A DNA stretch of 64,000 nucleotides, from positions 46,718-110,717 of IMG/VR virus record IMGVR_UViG_3300028591_000002. The stretch is one strand, 5' to 3'. Both the position numbers and the translations under genes were made by a program. Source of the DNA: a virus (Duplodnaviria > Heunggongvirae > Uroviricota > Caudoviricetes). The notes under the pieces were generated by a model that saw only the letters and a program-made list of their open reading frames with translations, did no database searches and was not told the origin of the DNA. Positions 48,287 to 57,808 of the stretch are shown here, one piece after another (the first letter of the stretch is position 1; every line of letters begins with the position of its first letter).

Positions 48287-48795
48287 TTCTTTTCAGTGCT
48301 TCCAAAACCACCTTCTCCTCTTTTAGTTTCAGAAAGTTCTTCTACTTCTTCAAACTTTACTTTTGGATAAGGTAAAATAATTAATTGTCCAATAGTTTGT
48401 CCTGGTACATATGGAGCAATAGCTAACATACTATTAATGTATGCTCTAATTCCTTTGTCAGTGTTAGAGTCTAATTCAATAAAAGGTCTAGGATTTACAT
48501 TATCTCTCCTTTTGTACATGAATAAGAGTTCTCCACGATAGTCAGCATCAAGAGTGCCTGGTGCATTAGGAATATAGAAATCCCCCTTAGTATTTCTACT
48601 TTGAGGTCTTAAATCCATAAAATATCCTTTAGGAATTTCAAAAGCTAATCCTGTATGATAAACATATCTATCATTTTGAATATCATATTCAAGTCCAGTA
48701 GCTGTAATATCCATTCCAGCGGCATCTTCTGTTGCATATGCAGGAATAACTGCATTAGGGTCTAATTTCTTAAATTTTACAATTACTTCGTTCAT
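48283..48795 (-). CDS. dut: trimeric dUTPase
   Basis: AGMD, TG, GTLDADYRGEL, GQL, RGEGGFGST; motif II reads PQS-RN instead of the usual RSG/RSS. Confidence 0.95.
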   Translation of the reverse strand: MNEVIVKFKKLDPNAVIPAYATEDAAGMDITATGLEYDIQNDRYVYHTGLAFEIPKGYFMDLRPQSRNTKGDFYIPNAPGTLDADYRGELLFMYKRRDNVNPRPFIELDSNTDKGIRAYINSMLAIAPYVPGQTIGQLIILPYPKVKFEEVEELSETKRGEGGFGSTEKK

Positions 48796-48977
48796 AATGT
48801 TACTTTAATATTAGGTTTAATATCCTCAATTCCCAACATATCTTTTTCATTTTTTGTTAAAGAAAAATAGGGAATATTCTTATCTGCCCACTTAATATAA
48901 TCTGGATTAGAAAGTATTAAATCAGAAACTTTCCATCCTTTATATTTACCAAAAGTTAATCGTCTGTCGCCGCCCAT
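48792..48977 (-). CDS. small protein with an exonuclease X C-terminal / DUF3820-like motif
   Basis: LTFGKYKG..V......PDYIKW. Confidence 0.7.
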   Translation of the reverse strand: MGGDRRLTFGKYKGWKVSDLILSNPDYIKWADKNIPYFSLTKNEKDMLGIEDIKPNIKVTL

Positions 48978-49222
48978 AATACTAATTTATCAATAGCGTT
49001 TCCATTTTCTGAATAAAATACTTTTATTGTACTATCTCCTTTAGTTATTACCACAAAAGGATTTTTATGTGCTCCCCAATGAGATTTAAGTTTATAGGCA
49101 GCACTTTTATCCTTTTTAGAAGTTATGTCATAGATAGTTAAACATACATCTTTCTTAAACTCTACAAAGTCGATAATCTCTCTATCAGAGGAATTACCAA
49201 TCACTATTTGTACATTGTACAT
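48956..49222 (-). CDS. hypothetical, possibly thioredoxin-fold protein lacking CxxC
   Basis: 88 aa; WGAHKNPFVVI resembles a cis-Pro loop region; weak. Confidence 0.5.
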   Translation of the reverse strand: MYNVQIVIGNSSDREIIDFVEFKKDVCLTIYDITSKKDKSAAYKLKSHWGAHKNPFVVITKGDSTIKVFYSENGNAIDKLVLWAATDD

Positions 49223-49691
49223 TTTTCCAAAAAGATTGAGTTATATTCTTCAATGAATAAGTATATCCAATATCTACAACTTTAAACATATTTTGATTAG
49301 TAGTTCGCATATTTAAACCTCCTAAAGATTCTATATAAGGGCCTAACTTAATATAATCAAAATATTTTAAGTCAATTTCTTTTGGTAATTTATCTCTTCC
49401 AGAATACCAACCTACTTTTAAATCAGGAAATTCATCTTTAACATATTGTGCTAAATGAGTAACACTAAGAGGATCACTATCACCTCCCATGAATCCAACA
49501 CAAGTTATTCCTTCATTTTTATTTATAAGTTCAGTTAATTTATCTCTAGATAAAAATATACCAATATCCTCTTGAAGTTCTGGACTATGACATCCCGGAC
49601 ATTTAAAAGGACAATTGGTAATATTTATACATAAAGATACTTCATCTGGAAATTCTCTAAAAACTACTTCAGAATCACTAAACTTCAGCAT
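49194..49691 (-). CDS. nrdG: anaerobic ribonucleotide reductase activating enzyme
   Basis: CPFKCPGCHS radical SAM motif, GGD, KLGPY, TTNQ; lies close to nrdD. Confidence 0.93.
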   Translation of the reverse strand: MLKFSDSEVVFREFPDEVSLCINITNCPFKCPGCHSPELQEDIGIFLSRDKLTELINKNEGITCVGFMGGDSDPLSVTHLAQYVKDEFPDLKVGWYSGRDKLPKEIDLKYFDYIKLGPYIESLGGLNMRTTNQNMFKVVDIGYTYSLKNITQSFWKNVQCTNSDW

Positions 49692-49971
49692 CTAATTCAA
49701 ACTCATTTATACTAATTGTAATGTAACATTCTGCAAATCCTTCATTCTCTACATAGGAACATTCAGAATAAGTTTCTCCATGAATTTCATTATCTAATTC
49801 TAATTCTAAATCTCCATAAACACCTTTATCAACATCCTTTAAGAAATTAAGTATATATTTACTCATTTCTTCTTCAGCTTTTTTCATAGAAGAATATACT
49901 CCTATAACATTAACATAAGAATCCACAGTAGGTAAATATCCTATATCGGATAAAACATAAACTTTACTCAT
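49678..49971 (-). CDS. hypothetical acidic protein
   Basis: 97 aa; ends TAG immediately followed by TGA. Confidence 0.7.
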   Translation of the reverse strand: MSKVYVLSDIGYLPTVDSYVNVIGVYSSMKKAEEEMSKYILNFLKDVDKGVYGDLELELDNEIHGETYSECSYVENEGFAECYITISINEFELDAEV

Positions 49972-50707
49972 AATAAATTACTTTTCCTTCTTTGGTTAAA
50001 ATACTTGGTTTGTGACAGTCAGTATAATATATTGGATTTTTATAATTAGTTACTCCTGGACCTAAAGTTAAAGAATTAACTAATTCTTTTATTTGAGAAT
50101 GACCTACTATTTGAGTGTAATTTTTATATTGATTACAGAATAAAGTTTCCCTTAAATCTGCCCATACACAAGAACCAGAAGTAGACCAACCACCTCTACT
50201 ATAACCAACCCAACTAAGGAAACTTATAGCTTCCTCATCTCCTTTAAACATTCTTAATAAAAGATTATTTAAATTTGTAGCTGTAGAAAGATGTTCATTA
50301 TAGTGTTTGGAATCTTCAAGAGCTTTTCCCCAAGTCTCAGTTATGCCAGCATGAGTAAATAAAAACTTATCTACTTCATAAGCTAATTGGAAATACTTAA
50401 TATACTTATTAAATAGTTCCTTGATTTTTGGAGCATATTGGAATGAATATCTAGTACTTTCAGAAAAAGTATCAAAGATATAATGTAAATCATGATTTCC
50501 TAATAAAGCTATTACTCTATCAGAATTTCTTTCAATAAATTTGAAAACCTCAATAGCATTAACATATGCCATTTCATCCGTAATTCCTTCTTGAGGATAA
50601 GGGTCAAAGTAATCCCCTAAAAATATAATTTTACCTTTCCAATTATTACAAGGTTCTCTCCAAAATGTTCTTCCATGAACATCTGGAATTATTAATATTT
50701 CTTCCAT
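49964..50707 (-). CDS. calcineurin-like metallophosphoesterase
   Basis: DVHG, GDYFD, GNHD, HAG and GHSQ motifs. Confidence 0.9.
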   Translation of the reverse strand: MEEILIIPDVHGRTFWREPCNNWKGKIIFLGDYFDPYPQEGITDEMAYVNAIEVFKFIERNSDRVIALLGNHDLHYIFDTFSESTRYSFQYAPKIKELFNKYIKYFQLAYEVDKFLFTHAGITETWGKALEDSKHYNEHLSTATNLNNLLLRMFKGDEEAISFLSWVGYSRGGWSTSGSCVWADLRETLFCNQYKNYTQIVGHSQIKELVNSLTLGPGVTNYKNPIYYTDCHKPSILTKEGKVIYYE

Positions 50708-50709
50708 AA

Positions 50710-51180
50710 TTAACTTATATTAGCTACACAGTCTATAAAATCTCCATCAAATTCATTAGTAGCTGAAGAGATAAATATTTTAAAATTCTTGACATATTCT
50801 TTAAGACTTTTGAGGTCCTTTACTTCTTTCTCTAAAGTCATTACTTCTCTTATAGTATCATAAATAATGTCTGGATCTTTATTAGTACCAAGAACAGTAT
50901 AATATACTTTTAGAGAATTTTCATTTTCTTCAATGTCTCTTTGTATAGCATCAAGTACTGTTCTAAAATCTTCTGGAGATATACGAGTATATTTAGTTTC
51001 TTCACCACAAAAAGCTATAGATAAGTTATCATGAAAATAATGATACATTTCATTATTTCTAGCATAACAATCAATTTTTAGAGGAACACCTTCAGATAAT
51101 TTTATCTCATGTACCCCTTCCATATTTTCGAAAGTCTTTACTTTCTTAGGAATTAAATAAAAAGTTAAATAACTACTCAT
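50710..51180 (-). CDS. hypothetical protein
   Basis: 156-aa operonic ORF. Confidence 0.75.
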   Translation of the reverse strand: MSSYLTFYLIPKKVKTFENMEGVHEIKLSEGVPLKIDCYARNNEMYHYFHDNLSIAFCGEETKYTRISPEDFRTVLDAIQRDIEENENSLKVYYTVLGTNKDPDIIYDTIREVMTLEKEVKDLKSLKEYVKNFKIFISSATNEFDGDFIDCVANIS

Positions 51181-51466
51181 GCTTAATGTCTTTAATTCGT
51201 GATTTAAAATCTTCTACTAGAGTATTTAATCCCTCATCAGAATCAAAACTCCAATTATCAGTTTTAATATTTATAAAGAATCCCCCACCACCATCACGTG
51301 TACTCAGAGTAATTTCTTGAAAATTCCCATCCCTATCTTCTGTACAGTCTGGTTCTTGGGCATATATTATTTTAACTTCTTGAATTCCAATATATTCATT
51401 AGAATCATAAGTACTTTTTTCATATGGATAATCATCCATTGGAACTATTTTCACTGCCATAAACAA
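51173..51466 (-). CDS. hypothetical protein
   Basis: TRDGGGGFFINIKTDNWSFD motif; ends in TAG with a backup TAA at 51146. Confidence 0.7.
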   Translation of the reverse strand: MFMAVKIVPMDDYPYEKSTYDSNEYIGIQEVKIIYAQEPDCTEDRDGNFQEITLSTRDGGGGFFINIKTDNWSFDSDEGLNTLVEDFKSRIKDIKHE

Positions 51467-51695
51467 ATTCTTCTAAATCTATTAAACCAGTATGTCTTTT
51501 AATTACTTCATCTTCATTTATTAAAATTAATGTTGGAAGATTTTTAATTTTGTACTTATCTACTAATTCTTCATTATCCTCAACATTTACTTCTTCAATT
51601 TCAATATCTGGATGATTCTTTTTAAAATCTTCAAGTTTTTTACTCAAGACTTTACAAGGACCACACCAATCAGCATAAAAATCAATTAATTTCAT
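51432..51695 (-). CDS. trxA: thioredoxin
   Basis: DFYADWCGPC..LPTL. Confidence 0.93.
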   Translation of the reverse strand: MKLIDFYADWCGPCKVLSKKLEDFKKNHPDIEIEEVNVEDNEELVDKYKIKNLPTLILINEDEVIKRHTGLIDLEEFVYGSENSSNG

Positions 51696-53839
51696 AATTT
51701 TCCGTATACCCTAGTTTTTTGTTCTATTTGTCTACCTTCTGACCAGTTAATAATTTTAGTTAGATATCCGATAATTCTATCCCACAAAATTATATTTTTG
51801 GTTTCTCCACATAAAGGACATTTATCAAATGGTTGTTTCATTATAAAACCACACTTTCCACACTCACAATTTGGAATATTGAAAGTGAAATACTGACAAC
51901 CTTGTTCAGCAGCAAACTTAAGAAGTTTCTTATATTGTTCTTTAGATAAATGTTCTGCAAGATTTATGTGAGCGGCACTTCCTCCATCTAAATAGTCTCC
52001 TATATAATTCTTACCATGCAATACAAACTTATCTAATACACTTATATTTGGATCATTTGGTTTAAATACATAAGAAGCATATAGATTAGTATCAGAAGGA
52101 ACCCAGTACCCATCAGTTTTATCCCAATTATAATTCTTAATAGCAAGACTTTCTGCAGGTACACATTCAGTATTAAAAGTTACTTTATGCCCAAAATACT
52201 TACCGTTAGCAGCATTATTTAAATCTTTAATTATCCAGAAAATAGTTTGACAAAATTCTTGATATTCAAGGTTATTATTGCATTCTATTCCTAAATATTC
52301 TGCGGCTTGATTTAAACCATTAATTCCAATAGTTAAATATTGTCTATCTAAAGAAATAAAACCTGCTTTATAAACTGGAAGAAGTCCAGCGTCATACATA
52401 TCCCATAAACATTCGTTATACGCTATGTGATATTTATAAACTCTATCTAATATAGTATTTAGGTAAAGACGTAAACTATCATACTGATTCCCAACAAGTG
52501 GAACTCCTCCAATAGATTTACACCAATCTTGGATTATTCTATTTAAATTAAGAGTAATAACAGATTTACTTCCAGTTTCTACTCCAATATTACCATTGGT
52601 AAAGTTAAATTCCTTTGTAGTAACCTTATTTTTAAGTCTACAACAACTTGATAATGAGTCAGCAGTATCACTTATGTAAGTAAAGAAAGAATGACCTCTT
52701 GCATATTCCTCAGCTACAAATTCAGCCATTTCTTCATCCTCAAATTTACCATCTTTGTAAATAAGAGCAATAGATTCTACAGGGAAAGTTATAAGACATC
52801 TAGTTCTTTCATCATTAAACCACATCATAAATTCCTTTTGTAACCATTTAACTGATTCCCAAGTAGGTTGAGTTCCATCTGGAAAATAGAAATTTCCAAA
52901 CATGGATTCAAAAAATGGTTTATCGAAATAACTAAAGTTTACAAATGCTGATTGCATACCTCTAGCGGCTGAAGGTTGATTTATTGAATAAATAACCTGT
53001 TGAAAATACTGATGAATTTGTTTTTGTATTGTTTTACTTCTAAGACATATATCACTAGTTATTAGTCTATTAAAGTTCTTATAATAATCATCCCCCCATT
53101 CTTTCCTTGCAAAGTAATCAAAACATACCAAAAATTCAGGTGTTGCAACTGCTCCTGCAAATTGTCCAGATACAGCAAATATAAGATTTATATACATTCC
53201 ACAGAAAGAATCCAAATTTTTAGGACAAGCAGATAAGCCACCTAAATCTCTAATTCCGTTTACAAGGAATGGATACATACTTATACTACAACAATAAGGA
53301 GCTATTGGACCCATAAAGGTAGACTCGTCATGTTTATAAATAATATGATTATTTAAGTCTATTTCATATTGTTTGGAATTAAAGTCTGGAAATAATTCTT
53401 TGAGTTTGTCAGTAATCATTCCTCGACTTACAAGAATATTTTCTGGCTTATGTGCTTCTGAATTTAAAATTCCAATATTCTTACCTCCAACATTACTATT
53501 ATCATCAATAGTAGCATTAGCTGTATTATTAGAATTTTTATATCTATTTATAAATTCCTTTTTAGCTTTAACTAATTTTCTAGCTTCATCATGTTTCCAC
53601 TTATAAATTAGATATTCATCAGCAACTTCATCAAAATCAAATGCTCTTAAAGTTTCAATGACCTCATCTTGAATCTCATCAATAGAAATTCCATCCCAAA
53701 GTTGTACATTGTTTACAATCTCATCATATACTTTTTCATCTACACTATAATCTATAGAAGTAAAAGCTGCTTTTATAGCATCTTTTATCTTCATAGGATT
53801 TACCTCTTCATACGTACCGTTTCTTTTTAATACTTTCAT
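51692..53839 (-). CDS. nrdD: class III anaerobic ribonucleoside-triphosphate reductase with ATP cone
   Basis: N-terminal KRNG ATP cone, SSCCRL, C-terminal CGKC/CPLC zinc site and RIIGYL glycyl-radical loop; ATG at 53839. Confidence 0.96.
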   Translation of the reverse strand: MKVLKRNGTYEEVNPMKIKDAIKAAFTSIDYSVDEKVYDEIVNNVQLWDGISIDEIQDEVIETLRAFDFDEVADEYLIYKWKHDEARKLVKAKKEFINRYKNSNNTANATIDDNSNVGGKNIGILNSEAHKPENILVSRGMITDKLKELFPDFNSKQYEIDLNNHIIYKHDESTFMGPIAPYCCSISMYPFLVNGIRDLGGLSACPKNLDSFCGMYINLIFAVSGQFAGAVATPEFLVCFDYFARKEWGDDYYKNFNRLITSDICLRSKTIQKQIHQYFQQVIYSINQPSAARGMQSAFVNFSYFDKPFFESMFGNFYFPDGTQPTWESVKWLQKEFMMWFNDERTRCLITFPVESIALIYKDGKFEDEEMAEFVAEEYARGHSFFTYISDTADSLSSCCRLKNKVTTKEFNFTNGNIGVETGSKSVITLNLNRIIQDWCKSIGGVPLVGNQYDSLRLYLNTILDRVYKYHIAYNECLWDMYDAGLLPVYKAGFISLDRQYLTIGINGLNQAAEYLGIECNNNLEYQEFCQTIFWIIKDLNNAANGKYFGHKVTFNTECVPAESLAIKNYNWDKTDGYWVPSDTNLYASYVFKPNDPNISVLDKFVLHGKNYIGDYLDGGSAAHINLAEHLSKEQYKKLLKFAAEQGCQYFTFNIPNCECGKCGFIMKQPFDKCPLCGETKNIILWDRIIGYLTKIINWSEGRQIEQKTRVYGKL

Positions 53840-53845
53840 AATCAA

Positions 53846-53853
53846 CAAATTTA
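53846..53853 (-). promoter_or_regulatory. candidate Bacteroidetes sigma-A -7 element upstream of nrdD
   Basis: TAAATTTG on the - strand matches TAnnTTTG, 6 nt before the nrdD ATG and just downstream of a hairpin. Confidence 0.5.
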
Positions 53854-53874
53854 GTGAGATATAAAAATATTAAA

Positions 53875-53914
53875 ATTTTCTGAGATTTACAAAACAAAAA
53901 AATCTCTGGAAAAA
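53875..53914 (-). terminator. candidate intrinsic terminator
   Basis: gagattt/aaatctc stem extended by ttttc/gaaaa; followed by tttt on the - strand. Confidence 0.55.
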
Positions 53915-54691
53915 TTACTCTAAACCTAAAATGTCTTTAACTAGAAGAGTCTTCTCACATTTATTTATAATATCTTTATCCTTATTACTTATAAGTTCGG
54001 TAAAGGCATTATAAACATTGAACATTGTAGTATCTTTATCTCCCACAAAATAAGGGGATTTAAAGTCTTTAAATAATAGTTTATAAACATCAACAGCAGT
54101 AGAAGTAGCTAATTTTGCTTTACCTAAACCATTATCATAAGATAAATCAAGAGTATTGATTACCCATTTTCCAAGATTTTCGTTTATATTCTCTTCGGTA
54201 TTTATGAATGGAGTGTTATGAAGAGATGAAAGAAATTGTTCTATTTCATTAGTTTTATTTATAATGTTATCTAAACCTCCAAATTTAATAGCTTTAGTTG
54301 ATTGTATTTCTTGAACATTAAGATATGTAGGGTCAAATACACATAGATTACAACAGGCTTTGTTTAATCCTCCTCTATAAAATTTTACAATAGGTTTACG
54401 GACATCTAGACCGTACACCATACCAATTACATCATCATGATTATCAATCTGATAACTTTGTGGTAATATTGCTTGAATCCATACTCTATTATAAGTTATA
54501 TCTTCAAAGTCTACATCTTCTCTTTTAGTAACAGTAATTTGTTCTGGAAGTTCTACTTTAACTTGAAAGTTATCTGTAAGTTTGTTCATTCTTTCTAAAA
54601 AAGGTTCTACATAAGCTGCAGTTTGAAAGAAAGATTTATCTTTAATTTTAGTTGCTTTTCCTTTTAATAATTCATCAAGTGTTATTTCCAT
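53915..54691 (-). CDS. conserved crAss-like protein, possibly DUF932-like
   Basis: 258 aa; YGLD..CCNLCVF..YNAFTE pattern resembles DUF932; not confirmed. Confidence 0.5.
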   Translation of the reverse strand: MEITLDELLKGKATKIKDKSFFQTAAYVEPFLERMNKLTDNFQVKVELPEQITVTKREDVDFEDITYNRVWIQAILPQSYQIDNHDDVIGMVYGLDVRKPIVKFYRGGLNKACCNLCVFDPTYLNVQEIQSTKAIKFGGLDNIINKTNEIEQFLSSLHNTPFINTEENINENLGKWVINTLDLSYDNGLGKAKLATSTAVDVYKLLFKDFKSPYFVGDKDTTMFNVYNAFTELISNKDKDIINKCEKTLLVKDILGLE

Positions 54692-55289
54692 TTTCCTTAT
54701 ATTTTAAAATTCTGTCTATAATCATATTAAATGGAACACACAAATCAGAATAATCTTTCCATTTAAAAGCTATAGAATTATTAAGATAATCTTCATTAAG
54801 TGCTAAAGCACTCAAAATATCCATATCTTTATAAGCTTCATGGGGAGTAATATATTCTCGCTTACAAATCTCTGTGATTTCTTCTATTACTGTTTTAGCT
54901 TCCGGGATAAAAATTATTTCACACCCTTCTTTAGTACTAATCATTATGAACATAATTTTGTCTCGAATTTCTTTTGGATACATAGTATAATATACAAAAG
55001 ACTGACATAAAGCGGTTATTCTATTACCTTGAGTTGCTTTTAGCTTAGACTCATTTTGTCCATAATATATTTCCCCATCAATATCAATTTCTATTAGTCC
55101 ATCATTTGTACATCCTTTACAATGTGGAAATTTCCTTTTAATCATAACAACTTTTCCACTAGATGCTTTGAATAATACTAATTTGATTACATCTTCTACT
55201 TCTACTTCAGAATCTACATCTTTGCTAATTGGATTTACCATTTTATTAAGTAAATCTTCCCCAACTTCTTCTGTAAAAATGTTCGACAT
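54675..55289 (-). CDS. hypothetical protein
   Basis: 204-aa ORF with CKGCTNDG. Confidence 0.75.
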   Translation of the reverse strand: MSNIFTEEVGEDLLNKMVNPISKDVDSEVEVEDVIKLVLFKASSGKVVMIKRKFPHCKGCTNDGLIEIDIDGEIYYGQNESKLKATQGNRITALCQSFVYYTMYPKEIRDKIMFIMISTKEGCEIIFIPEAKTVIEEITEICKREYITPHEAYKDMDILSALALNEDYLNNSIAFKWKDYSDLCVPFNMIIDRILKYKENGNNT

Positions 55290-55330
55290 TTTTATTTTCG
55301 TGAGAAATGTAATCAGTCGTAAAAAATAAA

Positions 55331-55360
55331 AGCGATTACCGGATTTCTCCGATAATCGCT
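55331..55360 (-). terminator. intrinsic terminator
   Basis: agcgattaccgga-tttc-tccgataatcgct stem followed on the - strand by tttatttttt. Confidence 0.8.
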
Positions 55361-55390
55361 CTTAAACCACTTATATTACAAAAAAGTTAA

Positions 55391-55975
55391 TTAAGCCTCA
55401 ACACCAAATACAAGATATGTTCCAGGATGAGAAGCCTTAGAAGGAGTATATACCACCTTGAATGCAATAGGTTCACCTTCAGCAACTTGCTTAGTATATG
55501 TGCAAATTATATCGCCTCTAAAACCTTTTTTCTTATAAAGGTCTTTAGCAATTTCTTTAGCCTTAGCTTTAGTTTCCTGAGTTGCTGCGATTACTTCTCC
55601 TGTGGAAGCATCCTTAATTTCATAAGTAGTCACATACTTTCTCTTTCCTTGTGTATTCTTAACATCAGTTAAGGTGTAAGGTCTTTCACGAGTATCAGCC
55701 ACAGCTGCTTCGATAGTAATTGCAAAACCAATACCAGGAGCACATTTAGTGTGTTTCTTAAGATACTCAATCATAAATTCTTTCTGAGCTGCATCTGTGA
55801 TAGCTCCTTGATTCTTTTCCTTCCAATTTTTATAAGCCTTAGTTGCATCACCATTAATCTGGAATGGAGCCGCACTCCATGCTTCCTCTTTTGTTCTACC
55901 AGTTACTTCTAATTTCTTAAAGTTTACAAACTTTGTTTCTACGTTTTTTGCCATAATTTTTAATTCATTTTTCAT
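55391..55975 (-). CDS. conserved hypothetical protein with its own promoter and terminator
   Basis: 194-aa K/A/T-rich ORF; apparently monocistronic. Confidence 0.8.
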   Translation of the reverse strand: MKNELKIMAKNVETKFVNFKKLEVTGRTKEEAWSAAPFQINGDATKAYKNWKEKNQGAITDAAQKEFMIEYLKKHTKCAPGIGFAITIEAAVADTRERPYTLTDVKNTQGKRKYVTTYEIKDASTGEVIAATQETKAKAKEIAKDLYKKKGFRGDIICTYTKQVAEGEPIAFKVVYTPSKASHPGTYLVFGVEA

Positions 55976-56044
55976 TTTTCACTAATCATCTCTTCAACTA
56001 AAAATTATCTTCCATAATCCAGCATCTCTTCGATGTTGGTGATA

Positions 56045-56080
56045 CAAATATAGGCACTTGAGTAAGACTGCCCAAGTGCC
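56045..56080 (-). promoter_or_regulatory. Bacteroidetes sigma-A-type promoter overlapped by an inverted repeat
   Basis: TATATTTG (TAnnTTTG, 56045-56052) with CTTG 20 nt upstream; inverted repeat ggcacttg-N12-caagtgcc (56053-56080). Confidence 0.65.
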
Positions 56081-56101
56081 AAATAGTTAATAAATGTTAA
56101 A

Positions 56102-56455
56102 TTAGAATGGAACATACTTATTTAAGATATCCTTTATTTTTGGAATTATTTCTTTATCTTGCAATCCAAAAGTTGGAAAATTAGTACATCCATATGAAAA
56201 ATCCTCCGCTAAAACTGCAATAGTATCTAAAAAATCTTCTGGAATACTCATTCCAGATGCTATTTTATAAACTACTTGTAAATAAGTTGCAGTTGGATTT
56301 TTCTTTTTAATTTTAGTTACAACATAACCAACTAAGGCGATTAAAGCTAATTTTTCATTAATATCACTATTAATGTATCCTAAACTAAAATGTTCGCTAT
56401 ATAACTTAGCTTTTTCCTTGTAGGTCAATTTCTTCTCGAAATCCTTCATATCCAT
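56102..56455 (-). CDS. hypothetical protein
   Basis: 117-aa ORF. Confidence 0.75.
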   Translation of the reverse strand: MDMKDFEKKLTYKEKAKLYSEHFSLGYINSDINEKLALIALVGYVVTKIKKKNPTATYLQVVYKIASGMSIPEDFLDTIAVLAEDFSYGCTNFPTFGLQDKEIIPKIKDILNKYVPF

Positions 56456-57443
56456 TACAAGTATAAAATGCCACAGTTTTTAATAATCTGGTAAATTCAT
56501 CCATTCCCTTCTTAAATAACTCTTTAGTCATAGGAGTTACTTTTGTATAATAATCTGGGAATGTTTCTACTACTAAGAAATTACTTTTAATAGTAAATTT
56601 CTCGTTTTTAATTTTATGTTTTACGTACAGTTGAAGTAGCCAACAGTACATAGCCATTTCTCTATAATAATGATACTTATTTATAGATTTTCCAAACTCT
56701 GTAATATATTTTCCAGTAGTTTTTAAATCATTTACTGTTATTACATTATTTTCTAAATCTATATTATAATTATCCAACTTACTCTTAAGTCTTAATTTAA
56801 ATGGCTTATTACCAGGGACTTCTACTAATACATCCATTAAAATAGCTTTTTCATTAGCTGTTTCCCCTGTCTCAGGATGTAATAAACTCTGAATTTCTTT
56901 ATTCTTATTTAGGGCTTCTAAAACTTTCTTTAAATTATTTCTAGCTTTAGCATCTAAATAAATCGGGGTTTTAGTAGAAGTATTACCAGACTCAAATAAC
57001 GCTCTGTTTCTCCAATAAGAATTACATTTGTCTCTTAGTTCAGTAATCCTCTTTTCATTAAGGCTATTTTTATAGTAATCTATCTTTTGGGAAGCTGCTC
57101 GTATTTCATCGTCTGTAGGAGGAATTCCACTAGGATTATATAATTCCTCAGCCATAGCACCAGCTTTGGCTGTTGGTCTCTCTACAGAATCTATTAGTTC
57201 AAAATCTTCAGGTTGAAGAGTAAGTTCATGAACAGCACTACCAAATACTAGACTATCACTATATAATTTAGGTCGTGTTTCAAAAAATTTTTCTGGAGAA
57301 CCGTCCTGGTCTGGATTAATTAGTGTTAATCTAGAATTACTAATGTAATTAGAATATTTGTCTGAAAAATAGATAGCATCATCTATATCCTCTAATCTTA
57401 AAGTTTCAATTAGAGGGGTAATTTTAATCTCACTTAATTTCAT
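56406..57443 (-). CDS. PD-(D/E)xK exonuclease, RecE/ExoVIII (DUF3799)-like
   Basis: FGSAVH, KSKLD, NDLKTT and YYREMAMY; ATG at 57443. Confidence 0.85.
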   Translation of the reverse strand: MKLSEIKITPLIETLRLEDIDDAIYFSDKYSNYISNSRLTLINPDQDGSPEKFFETRPKLYSDSLVFGSAVHELTLQPEDFELIDSVERPTAKAGAMAEELYNPSGIPPTDDEIRAASQKIDYYKNSLNEKRITELRDKCNSYWRNRALFESGNTSTKTPIYLDAKARNNLKKVLEALNKNKEIQSLLHPETGETANEKAILMDVLVEVPGNKPFKLRLKSKLDNYNIDLENNVITVNDLKTTGKYITEFGKSINKYHYYREMAMYCWLLQLYVKHKIKNEKFTIKSNFLVVETFPDYYTKVTPMTKELFKKGMDEFTRLLKTVAFYTCNGYEGFREEIDLQGKS

Positions 57444-57808
57444 TACCACCTAATATTTCCATTTCGAAGAATCATATCTATAATATCATCCGCAGGAACA
57501 TCAAATTTTTCTGACAAATCGGATAAAGTATCTATTATAGTTTTTCTATTATTAAAATATTCATCCTCTATTTCTTCCAAATGTTCATCCCATCTATCAT
57601 TCACATAATCAGTAAGATAATTATGCAATTCTTCTTTTTCTGATTCATCTTCAAAGATTATACCAAACTCTTTTGCTAAATCATCTATATCAATATCATC
57701 AACATCTGTATCATATTCAAACCATTTAGCATCAATTATCAATTTGGCAACGGATTCAATATCAGAAATTTCTTCTTCTTTAATTTCTTTAGTTACTATT
57801 TTTTTCAT
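57443..57808 (-). CDS. highly acidic hypothetical protein (tandem paralog A)
   Basis: C-terminus FNN..I...L...FDVP.D.I..MI.N is shared with the next ORF. Confidence 0.75.
   Translation of the reverse strand: MKKIVTKEIKEEEISDIESVAKLIIDAKWFEYDTDVDDIDIDDLAKEFGIIFEDESEKEELHNYLTDYVNDRWDEHLEEIEDEYFNNRKTIIDTLSDLSEKFDVPADDIIDMILRNGNIRW

Noticed and set aside
39736-53839. Inteins or introns in polA, nrdD or the ligases, which are common in some crAss-like groups
   Set aside because: The ORFs are contiguous, of normal length, and show no intein or homing-endonuclease motifs.
27897-56101. Suppressor tRNA in the intergenic gaps (27897-28060, 34380-34494, 55290-55390, 55976-56101)
   Set aside because: No cloverleaf or T-loop GTTCRA pattern was recognisable by eye; a tRNAscan run would be needed to exclude it fully.
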